Assembly (NCBI GenBank): GCA_028534125.1
Contig: CM052817.1
Location: forward strand, 9,860,001-9,924,000
From: Lama glama
Taxonomy: Eukaryota
Reading direction: 5' to 3'
Length of the DNA: 64,000 bases
How positions within the stretch are numbered: the first letter of the stretch is position 1; every line of letters starts with the position of its first letter. Positions 12,201 through 22,880 of the stretch are shown one piece after another. Under the pieces are notes generated by a model, which saw only the letters and a list, made by a program, of their open reading frames with translations, did no database searches and was not told the origin of the DNA. The position numbers and the translations under genes are program-made.

Positions 12201-15200
12201 AAATTAGAGGCACTCCAGATTTGTTGTTGTTTTTTGCTGGCTTTGCTGGAGAAGAGTTTTGATTTATGTTATCCCTCTCTGATACATTTTGTGGCAGTGC
12301 TGTTGCTGAAAGCTTTTAAAGCCAAGTCACATTTTACACGTGTCAAGCACCTACTTGTGTTCTCCACACTGTCCTTGGGGCTGGGAGTCCAGCGAAGGGG
12401 ATGGCAGGCGCCCTTCCTCTGTGAGCCCCCTGGGACCACTCCTTTATCTTGACCAGATGCTCATAGATGTACGTAAGTGGGCTTCTTTTGTCCTGCTAGA
12501 TCCTTTCTTTTCAGGCAGTGCTGCTTGGTGGTTTGAATCCTCGTCTCACTTTCTCACTTCCAGGTGACGACACTTTGGGGCAAATCGACCCCATACTTAC
12601 TGTGTGGGGCTGGTGAGAATTCTGTACTGCAGGGTCAGTGTTTGGACTTGCTAGGCACTCCGCTGACTCAGCACTTGTGATGGATAATCATTGGACCTCT
12701 CTCCTCTGCTCATCACCCCTGGTAGAAAGACGGACACCTCATTGAATTGTCACAGTTCTCTTTCAGATTGTTCAGTGGTGCTTTATCTCCTGCAGAGGAA
12801 AGGCCAGATTCCTTGGCAAAGCATTCATGGCCCTCCAAGAACTGACGTATCTACCCAACTCCAGCATCTACTGAACGTTGCCCCAGGATGACACTCTTCT
12901 CTCACGCTCCTAGGCCCTTCTGTCTGCAGCTGCCTCAGCCTCTGCCAGGTGGAATCCTGGTCATCCTTCTGGACTTGGCTTTTGTGGTCCTCCATGATGC
13001 CTTTTCTGGGTCTTCCCCCATCTCCATCATAGCATATTTGGACTTCCTACTTCCTCTTTCCCTCACTCCCTCCTTCCCTCTTCTCGCTCCACAGGTTTTC
13101 ACTGGGCTCCCACGCTGTGCTGTGTACGGGCTACGGGGCTCAGGGCTGGGGTGGGCAGTGGGACAGCCAGGCTCACAGCTCTCACAGGGCTCTCAGTGCC
13201 CTCGTGAAGCTGGTCTTCACAATGCGATATAGCTGGCGGATGTGAGAAGGCTATCTGACCTAGTCCCAGCCGTCTGGCTGGGCCTCTGGAAGAAACACGT
13301 AGATGGCTTAGTTTTGCACATTTTGTTTTCCCTGGTGACTCGTGAAGATTCCAGCTGAATGTCTGTTGCATGAAGAAATGAAACCGCTGCTCAGAAATAT
13401 TCACTCACTTCACTCATTCATTCTCCATCTCTCCTTATGCTAGTGTAGCTTTCAGTGTCATCTTCTCTCCAGTTTCTTTTTTCTTGGTGTCCTATTTGTT
13501 TTACTCCTGAAGTGTCCACTCTGCTCCCACTGGGTGAAATGTGCAGTGTCTACAGTGCATGGTACCAAGAAAGTGCTTTCATCCTCCTCCCCCAGCCGTG
13601 ATGTTGCTCTTACTGATCTGGACTTCTGACTTCTGAATCACCAATTTGGCAACCATGACGTTGAACTTCATTGTTCAGACGCAGATTGGAGCAACTGCTT
13701 CCAGAACTCTTCTGGGAGGCATGATCCCTCCAATGGCTTGGGATGAAAATCACACAAACCTGGCATGACTGAGCTAGAACCACACAGACTGGTCTGTTCC
13801 TCCTTAACCCGCTAGCCGATGCGAAGAGCTGTTTTGAATGGAACTCCCGGTGCATGGCAATTAAGTTTGCATGCTAAAGAATGGTGTTTCTGTTTTTGTT
13901 TTTTTTTTTAAGTTTGCAGAAAATGCCTGTGGTATGGTCCAAGTGGTGCTCAATGGATCCCTCAGTAACGCCTTTAGTAAAGACAGGTACTTATTTCTTT
14001 GCATCCTATTTGCAAGGGTTAGCACAGTTTCGTATTGAAGGCTGTGGATGCCTGAATAGGGTTAATGGTGTTCTTGGTCTCTTCTATCTTAGCACGTTTG
14101 GAAGCGTGGAAGTCCATAATTTGCATCCAGAGAAGGTTCATACACTGCAGGCCTGGGTGATGCACGACATTGGAAAAAGCCCCAGGTGTGTATTACTATC
14201 TTGTACCATATATATTGTACCATATATTCTCAAGGTCGTTTTAGGAATCAATCCATGAAAGAATCCAGTCACAGGAATTCACTGAGAAAAGCCTGGCTCA
14301 GGAAATGAATGGGGCCTCACTCTACACTCACCCCATTGCAACAGTCTCTTAATTTTGTCTCCATAGTAGGCATCTACCTAGTTATACCTTTTGCTCCCCT
14401 GCTGACCTGTGAGCTCTTAGAAGCTACCTCTGCTTCACCTCTTTACTCCACGACCTTGCCCGGGGCCTGCTACCTAGAAGAAACTAAGAGACAGGGAATG
14501 TTTGTGAGATCTTGTTATTTTAACACTTCTTCTTTCTTTCCCAGTGACTCATGCTCGGGTTCCTCCATAATGGACCTGAAATCGATTATGAGTAAAAGAA
14601 ATATAAAATTCACCTGCCAGGATAACTACAGGTAATTAACTACTCCTTGAAGAATAAATGGCCACCTTGCCACCCGCAGGCACCCTGATGGTGACCTGGG
14701 ATGGTGAGCCATGGTGACCTCTGTTCCTCCCCAGCCCAGCCCTGCCCAGAAGGCGTTTCCAGCCAGTGGCCTTCAGTTGGCCACCTTTCTCCACCCTCTT
14801 TCCTCTTCCTGCCCCACACCACTCAAGCAGTGATTTGCCTCTAAAGCTGACCCAGGCGTGGAGGCATCTTTCCCAGTTTCCCATGTGAGAGGCCTGAGCT
14901 GGGATCCTAGCTTTCAGGGGAGCAGAAGCTGATTTTGCCAAATGCAAAGGATTTATAAAATCCTTGTGACCTGGCATAATTTTGCATGTGAAGTTTCCTT
15001 AGTTGGGTCTCAGGGTAGATACCTAGCACTTGGTAAGTTGCCAAATGGCAGTTAACTAAGCTTTATCTTTAAAAAATTAAAATCTATAAAATCTTTTAAA
15101 AGGTTTTATCAGTAATACATGTTTATTAGAGCAAAGTTTACATTACAGATAGGTATATATTTTTAAAGTCACCTGCAACTCTGTTATCAAAACTGGGACC

Positions 15201-18200
15201 TCCCTCCACTATTTTTATAGTTGTGGCCAATTACTTAATATAGGCAGGGCTCCTTGCTAAAAGCATCTTTGGAAATTCTCCCATATAGGATAGCTACAAG
15301 ACAGACGCAGAGAGAAAAAGTGTTGCAAAGAATCTAGAAGCTGGAACGCTAGGACCCTCTTCCCACCTCCTTTCTGTCACCAGCCTTTCCCACTGACCAT
15401 GTCAGAACGACAGAAGGACAGATTCAAGGAATAGTCACTGAGGGCTTTGTCTCCCGAATGACCTGAATTCCCCGTCAGTCAGCTGGCTTCTCTCTGGAAA
15501 CTGCCAGAAAATAACACAAGCCTTCTACAGCGGTTCAGTGGGAAAACAGACAGAACAAAGGAACGACTATAAAAGAAACATGGCAGACAGCTGACCAGTC
15601 TAAGTTATTTAGAGACATTTTGTGTTGGGAAAAACAGAATACTAAAACCTAGGAGAAGACTGGGGGATGGAGATGAGTCTTATCTCCAAGACTCTTTGAT
15701 CTTTTTTCTTACATTAAACATTCCCCCCTTTATTTTTTCACAAATGGCCCCAAACTGCACGGTCCTGGTAAACTCCCTCAAGTCTCCACCTGGGAGGGAT
15801 AATTACACATCCCTACCACCTGGACTTGCGGACTGGCCCATCTAGGAAGGAAATGATTTGTAAGGCAGCGCCTGTCATTCAGAGCATCAGCTCATGCGAC
15901 CTTAAACTTGGGGATCATATCTGCAATCACCGTTGGTCTTCCACAACCATGAGGCCATAATATATTTAGCATGCCTCTTTGAATTGCCAGGCCCACAGAG
16001 TCCCTTGTTGCATCTAAGAGTTTCGTGGCTTTGCTAGAAGCTGCTTGTGTCCAGGGGAGCCCAGAGTGAATGCCACAGATACAGACATAGACTGTAATTT
16101 AAATAAATCCATCCCAGACATACCTTCCAGTTTAGCCAATTTTCGTCCAGCTGTTTCGCTATGGTTGTTTAATAAGCAAACAGAAGTGTGATTACGTTTA
16201 TATGGATTAGACCATCTACTGATTCAGCTCTTCCCCTTTAGTAAGTCCCACCACTCGGAGACAAACACGATTAACATTTGGGTGTACACCTTTAAAGTCT
16301 TTCTTTTTCATACATCAGTCTTGTAAAATGTACACAGAATTTCTTAACACGTGTTTTAATCAGTGGAGTGAACAGAACAGCACAGCATTTTTTGGGGGGG
16401 TTTCTTTAAAAATAGCAAATGGTCAGAATGCTTTCTGGCTAGTGCCCCCTAGTGGCATATTAAAAAAAACCCTAGAGGATGCATTTCTCCTTTTATGTTA
16501 CTTCAAAATACAGGTCTCTTATTTCATATATAATTTAAATACAAATTGTAATAGCATAAAATAGACTGCTTTAAGCAAAGTACTACATAATTAAAGGTCA
16601 AAGTTTGCAAAGAAAAATCTCCCTTGGAATTTTAGAGTCATTCCATTCAAGGTGTGTTTAACACCTTCAATTGTTATTCCTACCCGATGGTATATCGATG
16701 AATAATGGTAACAGCATTTTTTAAAAGTTGTAGTAAAGAGGATGTAAGCCGTAGGAAGCATCATTAGGGCAGTGGCTAAAAACTCAGTATTTTAAGTCGT
16801 ATTTAAAATTTTCATTGTGAACTACCTTGGTTTTAAATTCATTATTTCTGTAAATTAGTAACTGTACATGCAATTTTTGTATTTGTTTACTGGGAATCAT
16901 ACCCAAAAGCTTGATTAAAAGTATAAAGTTAATTTAAAAAAATACACTGTCTCTATCCATCAGTGTGTTATCCAGCATATCAAAAGTGTGTCCATTTTAT
17001 TGAAACACTGAATGTGAATATTTACATATTAATGGAGAGAGATTCTTTTAACAGCATAATTGCTGCCTCTTTTCTGAAATTGAATTCCCAATAAGTGACA
17101 AATCAAGAAACATATTCATATTCTCTTCATTTACTATAAAGTAAAGATGGCTTCAAAAATCCTAAATAACCTTACAAAAATTCCTTTTTCATAGCATTAT
17201 TTCCTTAAGAAAGCAGATACTACCCACCCTTCTCCCCCTCCCCTCCCCAATGTATTCATGTGGGAGCTCCAGGCTACCATATTGGTGAGGATGGAGTGAC
17301 TATACTTAGAGCCACTGTGACCAGCTGGTCATGGCAGTTGGCTAGATCCCAGAAGCCCAGGGGGTCTGGTAGCTGCCTTCTATGGATCTCTTTCTTGACT
17401 CACATTTAGCAAAATCAGGTTCAGCTGCAATTTAAGGAACCACTTCCCCACTCTCCACCCACCTCTTCCATGTGCCATTGGACTGTGCTGCTTTGTTATT
17501 TAATTTTTATGAAAATGAGAGTCATTCACCTGCTAATTCTTGTCTAGGAATTGTTCTGTGCAAAGGTTGTGTGGTCCCCTTGCTGATGGCTGCCAGCTGC
17601 CAGCGTTCCCCCAGTGGGTCTATGACCCCTTCCCCCAGGGGGTCTATGAACCCCCCTGTGCTGCCAGACCCTTTGACCTAACACTTCCTCATTTCAGGGT
17701 GCTGCTCCTGCTGTTTCTTGACCCTCAGCTGACATTAATAACACATATCTGTGATGTCTGAGCCAGACATCTGTTTTCATCTCCATGTATTCAAGCATCC
17801 CTTCTCTGATAATTCTTTGGCTTCCCAAGTGAAATGAAATTCAATTGGGCCATCCTTTCGTTCACTCTTTTTTTGACGAGGGGAGACAGGTAATTAGGTT
17901 TACTTATTTTTAGAGGAGGTGCTGGGGATTGAACCCAGGACCTTGTACATGCTAGGCATGTGCTCTACCACTTGAGCTATGCTCTCCTCCCCCAGTCATT
18001 CACTCTTGGACTTCACCTTTCTCCGCGATGTTGTCACTGCAGGAGAGAAACTTGTGTGGATGCTAACAGTTCACGCATGCTTTTGTTGTTAACGAAGGGG
18101 CATCTGTCCTTGGTGAATTGACCATAGGTGTATTGTATTGCCTCTTAATCTCCTTTTTTGTTTTCTCATCGTAGACCTGTCAAGTTTCTTCAGTGTGTGA

Positions 18201-18238
18201 GAAATCCTGAGGATTCATCTTGCTCACTCAGGATGTGA
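3167..18238 (+). CDS. CD38: CD38 (ADP-ribosyl cyclase/cADPR hydrolase 1), exons 2-8, 5'-partial: join(3167..3296,5418..5553,10764..10849,13913..13986,14093..14185,14545..14631,18175..18238)
   Basis: Seven AG/GT-bounded exons of 130/136/86/74/93/87/64 nt splice into one frame: [222 protein letters not shown]. Equivalents of W125, R127, E146, D155, W189, S193, catalytic E226 and 11 cysteines (including the CD38-type C119/C201 pair) are present. There is no GPI-signal tail, so this is CD38 rather than BST1. Confidence 0.97.
4034..4300. repeat. Tandem repeat, ~103-104 bp unit, ~2.6 copies (CD38 intron 2)
   Basis: gacactt at 4050/4153/4257 and ttagct[t/c]gttagccca at 4077/4180/4284. Confidence 0.85.
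5418..5553 (+). CDS. CD38: CD38 exon 3 (136 nt)
   Basis: ctctcag|ACGGTCTTTTGGAGCAGA...TCTTCTG|gtgagg; encodes TVFWSR...[19 protein letters not shown]. Confidence 0.97.
5920..6362 (-). mobile_element. 5'-truncated L1 with 13-bp target-site duplication
   Basis: aggccaaagttct at 5907-5919 and 6363-6375 flanks an L1 3' UTR plus the ORF2 end. Confidence 0.9.
6856..7359 (+). mobile_element. Tigger5/MER47-type DNA transposon (TcMar-Tigger)
   Basis: Terminal inverted repeats cagatcttcctcgatttatga / tcgttaagtcggggacagtctg; the body matches recalled MER47 sequence (aacatcatagcttagcc, acacaaagcctattttataataaa). Confidence 0.85.
9481..9800 (-). mobile_element. MaLR LTR (MLT1A/B-like)
   Basis: aaacaatagaaatttattttctcacagctctggaggccggaagtc ... 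cttcttataaggacatcagtc. Confidence 0.75.
9805..10190 (+). mobile_element. L1 (L1MA-like) 3' UTR fragment
   Basis: tcacttatatgtgtaatct ... gatctaatgtacagcctggtgactata ... A-rich end. Confidence 0.75.
10764..10849 (+). CDS. CD38: CD38 exon 4 (86 nt)
   Basis: ctttcag|AAATAAACTATCAATCTTGT...TCCAAAACG|gtaagt; encodes [13 protein letters not shown]...VSVFWKVLS. Confidence 0.96.
11475..11563 (-). mobile_element. tRNA-derived SINE (camelid vic-1-like)
   Basis: Minus strand reads gggagaaggtatagctcagtggt (A box) ... gggttcaatcc (B box) ... A-rich tail. Imperfect TSD tgtgcgtatttat / tgtgcacatttat. Confidence 0.8.
13913..13986 (+). CDS. CD38: CD38 exon 5 (74 nt)
   Basis: ttttttaag|TTTGCAGAAAATGCCTGT...AAAGACAG|gtactt; encodes [16 protein letters not shown]. 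Confidence 0.94.
14093..14185 (+). CDS. CD38: CD38 exon 6 (93 nt), contains the catalytic Glu (E226 equivalent, 14109-14111)
   Basis: tatcttag|CACGTTTGGAAGCGTGGAA...AGCCCCAG|gtgtgt; encodes [16 protein letters not shown]. Confidence 0.96.
14545..14631 (+). CDS. CD38: CD38 exon 7 (87 nt)
   Basis: tttcccag|TGACTCATGC...AACTACAG|gtaatt; encodes [29 protein letters not shown]. Confidence 0.95.
15182..16245 (-). mobile_element. Probable ERV1-class LTR (15182-15720) plus adjoining internal remnant in CD38 intron 7
   Basis: On the minus strand a polypurine tract aaaggggggaa (15731-15721) directly precedes tgtt..., and the LTR ends ...gataaca. The block interrupts an old L1ME-like sequence (aagtcacctgcaactc | cccaccactcggagacaaacacgattaacattt). 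Confidence 0.5.
16442..16456 (-). promoter_or_regulatory. CTCF core motif
   Basis: Minus strand GCCACTAGGGGGCAC matches the CCASYAGRKGGCRS consensus with no mismatch. Confidence 0.6.
17870..17995 (-). mobile_element. tRNA-derived SINE (camelid vic-1-like)
   Basis: Minus strand: atagctcaagtggtagagc (A box), gggttcaatcccc (B box). TSD tc[g/a]ttcactctt at 17858-17869 and 17996-18007. Confidence 0.85.
18175..18238 (+). CDS. CD38: CD38 exon 8 coding part, stop TGA at 18236-18238
   Basis: ctcatcgtag|ACCTGTCAAGTTTCTTCAGTGTGTGAGAAATCCTGAG...ATGTGA; encodes [16 protein letters not shown]. Confidence 0.95.
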
Positions 18239-18975
18239 GCCAGTGAACACGGTGGAGCCCTGGCAGTAGATGTCAACATGCGTGACTCAGGGGCCACGCT
18301 GGTGGAAACCAGAGGATTGGGGAGGATCCTCTGTCATAGTATCTACACTGCAGATGGAAGCCTTTTCCTCCAAAGTCGTGAACTAACTTACGTGATTGGT
18401 GTAGTTCTTATTTTGATCTCCTAATAGTCAAGAAAAAAATAATTGTTTTAAAAAAATAGAATGGAAATTTTATAGTAAGTTATTTTATTTTAGTTTTCAT
18501 ATGATGCTTTCATGCTGTTGATATGTTGGTAACATCCATTCTACTGAAGAATGACCACACTGAACCTCTCTTATTGGCAGGTCAAGAAAAGTAAATGCCT
18601 AGACTTTTCAGAAAAGGTTACATTTCTAAATGAATGATCTTGTCTCAGGATATATTTCTGTACCTTTCCTACAGATAAACTATGAATGCCATGGTTATGG
18701 GTCACATTGGGAGAAGTGTTCTGTGGGATATAAGCTACCCATGTACTTGGTGCTTTAATGCCAGCCTTTCCAACAGCACTATGAGGTAGACATTTTCACC
18801 TCCCATTTGTTAATAATTTCCCTGGAGTCATACATTTAGTTCAAGGTAGAGAATGAATTTGAACTCAGCTTTATCCGACTCCAAAATTCATGTGCTCTCT
18901 CTTTCTAGACCTAGAACACCAAACTGATGGTGCCTTATGTTCTCTTCCAATAAATACATGTCGGATTTAATCAAA
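18239..18975 (+). other. CD38: CD38 3' UTR with candidate polyadenylation signal AATAAA at 18949-18954
   Basis: AT-rich sequence follows the stop codon. The AATAAA at 18949 is the first canonical hexamer I found downstream; the true 3' end cannot be determined from sequence alone. Confidence 0.5.
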
Positions 18976-19158
18976 TACAATAGGATCTGAAATATGATTA
19001 TCCTTGGATGGCTTCAAAACCGATATATTTTTCCCTCCTCTTGCTCTTCCTTCTCCTCATCTTATATACGTGGTAGGCAATTAAAATACGTATTCGTTCC
19101 TGATACTAGCAATTTGTTTCTCCCTTGGATTTGTTTGTTTCTCCTTTGAATTTTTCTT

Positions 19159-19802
19159 TTTTTTNNNNNNNNNNNNNNNNNNNNNNNNNNNNNNNNNNNN
19201 NNNNNNNNNNNNNNNNNNNNNNNNNNNNNNNNNNNNNNNNNNNNNNNNNNNNNNNNNNNNNNNNNNNNNNNNNNNNNNNNNNNNNNNNNNNNNNNNNNNN
19301 NNNNNNNNNNNNNNNNNNNNNNNNNNNNNNNNNNNNNNNNNNNNNNNNNNNNNNNNNNNNNNNNNNNNNNNNNNNNNNNNNNNNNNNNNNNNNNNNNNNN
19401 NNNNNNNNNNNNNNNNNNNNNNNNNNNNNNNNNNNNNNNNNNNNNNNNNNNNNNNNNNNNNNNNNNNNNNNNNNNNNNNNNNNNNNNNNNNNNNNNNNNN
19501 NNNNNNNNNNNNNNNNNNNNNNNNNNNNNNNNNNNNNNNNNNNNNNNNNNNNNNNNNNNNNNNNNNNNNNNNNNNNNNNNNNNNNNNNNNNNNNNNNNNN
19601 NNNNNNNNNNNNNNNNNNNNNNNNNNNNNNNNNNNNNNNNNNNNNNNNNNNNNNNNNNNNNNNNGTAACCACAAGTCTGTATTCTCTGTCCATGAGTCTA
19701 TTTCTGTCCTGTATTTATGCTTTGTTTTTGTTTGTTTGTTTGTTTTTGTTTTTAGATTCCACATATGAGCGATCTCATATGGTATTTTTCTTTCTCTTTC
19801 TG
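19159..19802 (-). mobile_element. Young 5'-truncated L1 spanning an assembly gap, inserted in an older L1
   Basis: 16-bp TSD cctttgaatttttctt at 19143-19158 and 19803-19818; the 3' UTR matches the copies near 41 kb and 45.5 kb. Confidence 0.85.
19165..19664. other. Assembly gap (500 N)
   Basis: Run of N. Confidence 1.
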
Positions 19803-22469
19803 CCTTTGAATTTTTCTTGATTAGTCTTGATGGTCACTTTTTTTACTCATGCAAAAAACCAACCTGTAGCTTTGTTGATTTTCTGTTTATTTGGGTTTTG
19901 CTTTTCTCTCTTTTTAGAGATCTAGAGATTCCTTCTCATTTCTTTGGGTTTTTTTATTCAGCTTCTTAAGGTGGAAGCTTAGATCGTTGATTTTCAGCTC
20001 ATCTTCTTTTCTCATACGTATGTTTTAGTACTGTAAATTTTTCTCTGAGTGCTACTTTAGCTGCACCTCTTAGATTTTGATATGCCTGTTTTCATTATCA
20101 TTTAGTTAAAATGTTTTCTAATTTAATGGTTATTTGGAATGTTGCTTAATTTTTAAGCATCTGGAGATTTTCTAGTCTTAACAAAAAATAGATGCATTGA
20201 ATGAAGAACTAATAAACTAATTTGAGATTCCTTCAGGGAACCCACTAGGTTTGTTGAAAACAGCACACATTTTGGAGTTAGACATTTCTAGATTCATAGT
20301 TTGGCATCACTCTGTGATCCTGAATGAAATGTCTAACCTCTCTGAACTTTAGCTTCTCTGTCACTTAAATATGGATTATGAACTTACCCTTATCAAAGTG
20401 TGGTGAGAACTACAGAAGATGACAGACACTGACAGTCTAGCACAGTGTCTCAAATGTAAGCAGTCACTCAACCAATGTTGCCACCTTCCTGCCGGCCCCT
20501 GGCTGACAATCCAGTGTCCTTCTGGGGCCCTTGCAGCTGCAGCCACTGCAGTCCATCTGCAGATTCTTCACTTAGGCACATCCTCATGGGATGCAGTCTT
20601 GTCTGGACGTGAGGATGGATGCTTGGGACCAGTTCTGATTAAGTATCAGGCTTGCCCCAAGTTTCAGTAAACTCCATCTGCAGATTGTCTTCAGAAACAG
20701 GTCCCTGCTAATCCACAGGGTGGCCTGGCTGTTTTCCTCTCAAGGCTCTGCCTCATTGTTGGGCTCCCGTGCTGATTTCTGGACCCTCTAATGTCCTTTC
20801 CTTGTTCACCAGGAAGTGGCTTGAAGTGGCTTCCCCGGGTCAGAAAAATTTTGTTCTTTATGTCCCCTTTCAGAGATGAAATGGACAGAGTTAAAATCAA
20901 TTTGTGAGACTCTTCCCCCAGCAAGATTCATTTGAGAGTTAGGGGTTACAGCTGATGGAGACCAAAGAGGATGTCGGTCCCAGGTTTTCACCCCACACTG
21001 CAGAGAGCTGTGGGCAGCCCTGGAGGTGGCCAGGGCCTGAGGTGCTGTTTTCTCCTGGCACCACCTGGTACCCTCATTGCCGTGATGCTTCATCCCTGCC
21101 TCCGCTCTCTCTGTAGTTCAATCTTGTACCTTTGCCATTGACCATGCATCTCTAGCCCTAAGGACTTCCTGGCCTGCATCCATAAACGGATGTTCCTCAA
21201 TCCTCTCATAAGTGACACCTCTACTAAATTATTGGTTGCTCATAAATCTCATATCTTACTCGCAAATCTGCTGATGTCAGTCTCCCCACTTCATTCTTGT
21301 TTGGGCTAGACAAATCCTCTTACCATCCCAATTTTCCCTCACCATCGTACTTACCTAAAGGGCACGGGAATGACTCAGAGCCTGACTTTCCTTTCTGAAC
21401 TCCCACGGCTCAGTACTTTCCTTCTGCAATGGTTCATGACTTTATAATATGTGAAGCACACACTCAAATACAGTTTTGAAATCACAGGCTGAATACTTGA
21501 AAGAACACACGCATACCCCCCCACACATACTTTTTGTTATAAAAAGCGGAGTCTTTTAATCCCCAATGGGTCTTTCTTTAGCTCTGCCTCACTGTTTGCA
21601 TGTTTGACCTGTTTGGTGCCACATCAGTGTCTCTTATGTGCCTGACAGACAAAGCCAAGAATATACAAAATATTTTGGCAAAACACATTCTTTCTTCGGC
21701 TTGACAGCTTTGTTGGAGACGAGCTCCACCCACGTCCACACATTCCCCAATAGAGGGGCTGCAGCTGGGGCCACGTTGATTCACTTCCTGGAATCCCGTT
21801 CCCCCTTAAACTGGCTCCCAGGACTGTGACTTGAGTATCTCAGGCAGAAGCTGTACTGCACAGAACGACTCTGTTTTTGTGGGTTTTTAAAAGGCAAGTA
21901 GTTACATACATGGTTAAAAGTTATGTATGGCAAATTAAAATTGTATGAAGTAAAATGTTAAAGTCAGCCTAGAGTATGATACATCTTTAAAGGGTATTTT
22001 ATAAGTGCAGTGTTAATCTAACATTTTCCCACCATGTTTTAAAAATATTTAAGCAGTTAATTTATTTTTATTACCTTAGTCATCATTTTAATATACATAT
22101 TTTTATCAGTCTATCAGGGACTCAGTAGCTGGGTGCTACCCGAGAGGCAGTGGTTAGCTGGCCCTCAGCTCACACACATAAATGCATAGAAGGGCTTGAA
22201 CTGGTCCCTGACAGAGCATTTCTCCTTGAACTTGATTCACATACGTTCACTTTGCCACTTTATCCTCTGATCAAAGTGCAAACAGCACAAGGTAGTGAAA
22301 ACTGTGGGATTAAGAGACAAGTGATCCAGTGAACTGGTTCATTAACATCTGTGAATCTTCAGTTTGGAATCTATTTGTAACAGATATAAGTGAATTACAC
22401 AAATAATAAATGATTAATAAAAGACTTTGTGGAATCATTATTTTAAAAACAATTGTGCCTGCAAATGTT

Positions 22470-22880
22470 GCTTGATCTCACTTGTGTGTAGAATCTGAAA
22501 GAGTCAAACTCATAGTAACAGAAAGTAGAATGGTGGTTACCAGGGCTTGGGGGGTGGGGAGAATGGGGAGATACTGGTCAAAGGATGTTGTAAACTCTTA
22601 GTTATAAGATGGATAAGTTCTGGGGACCTAATGTACAGTATAGTGAGTATAATTAATAATACTGGATTGTGTACTTGGAATCTGCTAAGATAGCAGATCT
22701 TAAGTGTCCTCACCACAGACACACACACACAAAGGTAACTGTGAGATGATGAATGTGCTAATGGACGTAACTGTGATAATAATTTCACAATATATACATA
22801 TACCAAAACATCACATTGTACATGTTAAGTGTATATTTATTTGTCAATTATATCTCAGTAAAGCTGGAGGAAAAAAAACA
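22470..22880 (+). mobile_element. L1 (L1MA/MB-like) 3' UTR fragment
   Basis: gtcaaactcatagtaacagaaagtagaatggtggttaccaggg ... tttatttgtcaattatatctcagtaaagctgga. Confidence 0.8.

Noticed and set aside
13881..14635. 125-aa and 108-aa ORFs
   Set aside because: They are chance extensions of CD38 exons 6 and 7 into flanking introns.
19081..19820. Long ORFs across the first gap, and similar ones at 58462-59193
   Set aside because: Artefacts of translating N runs.
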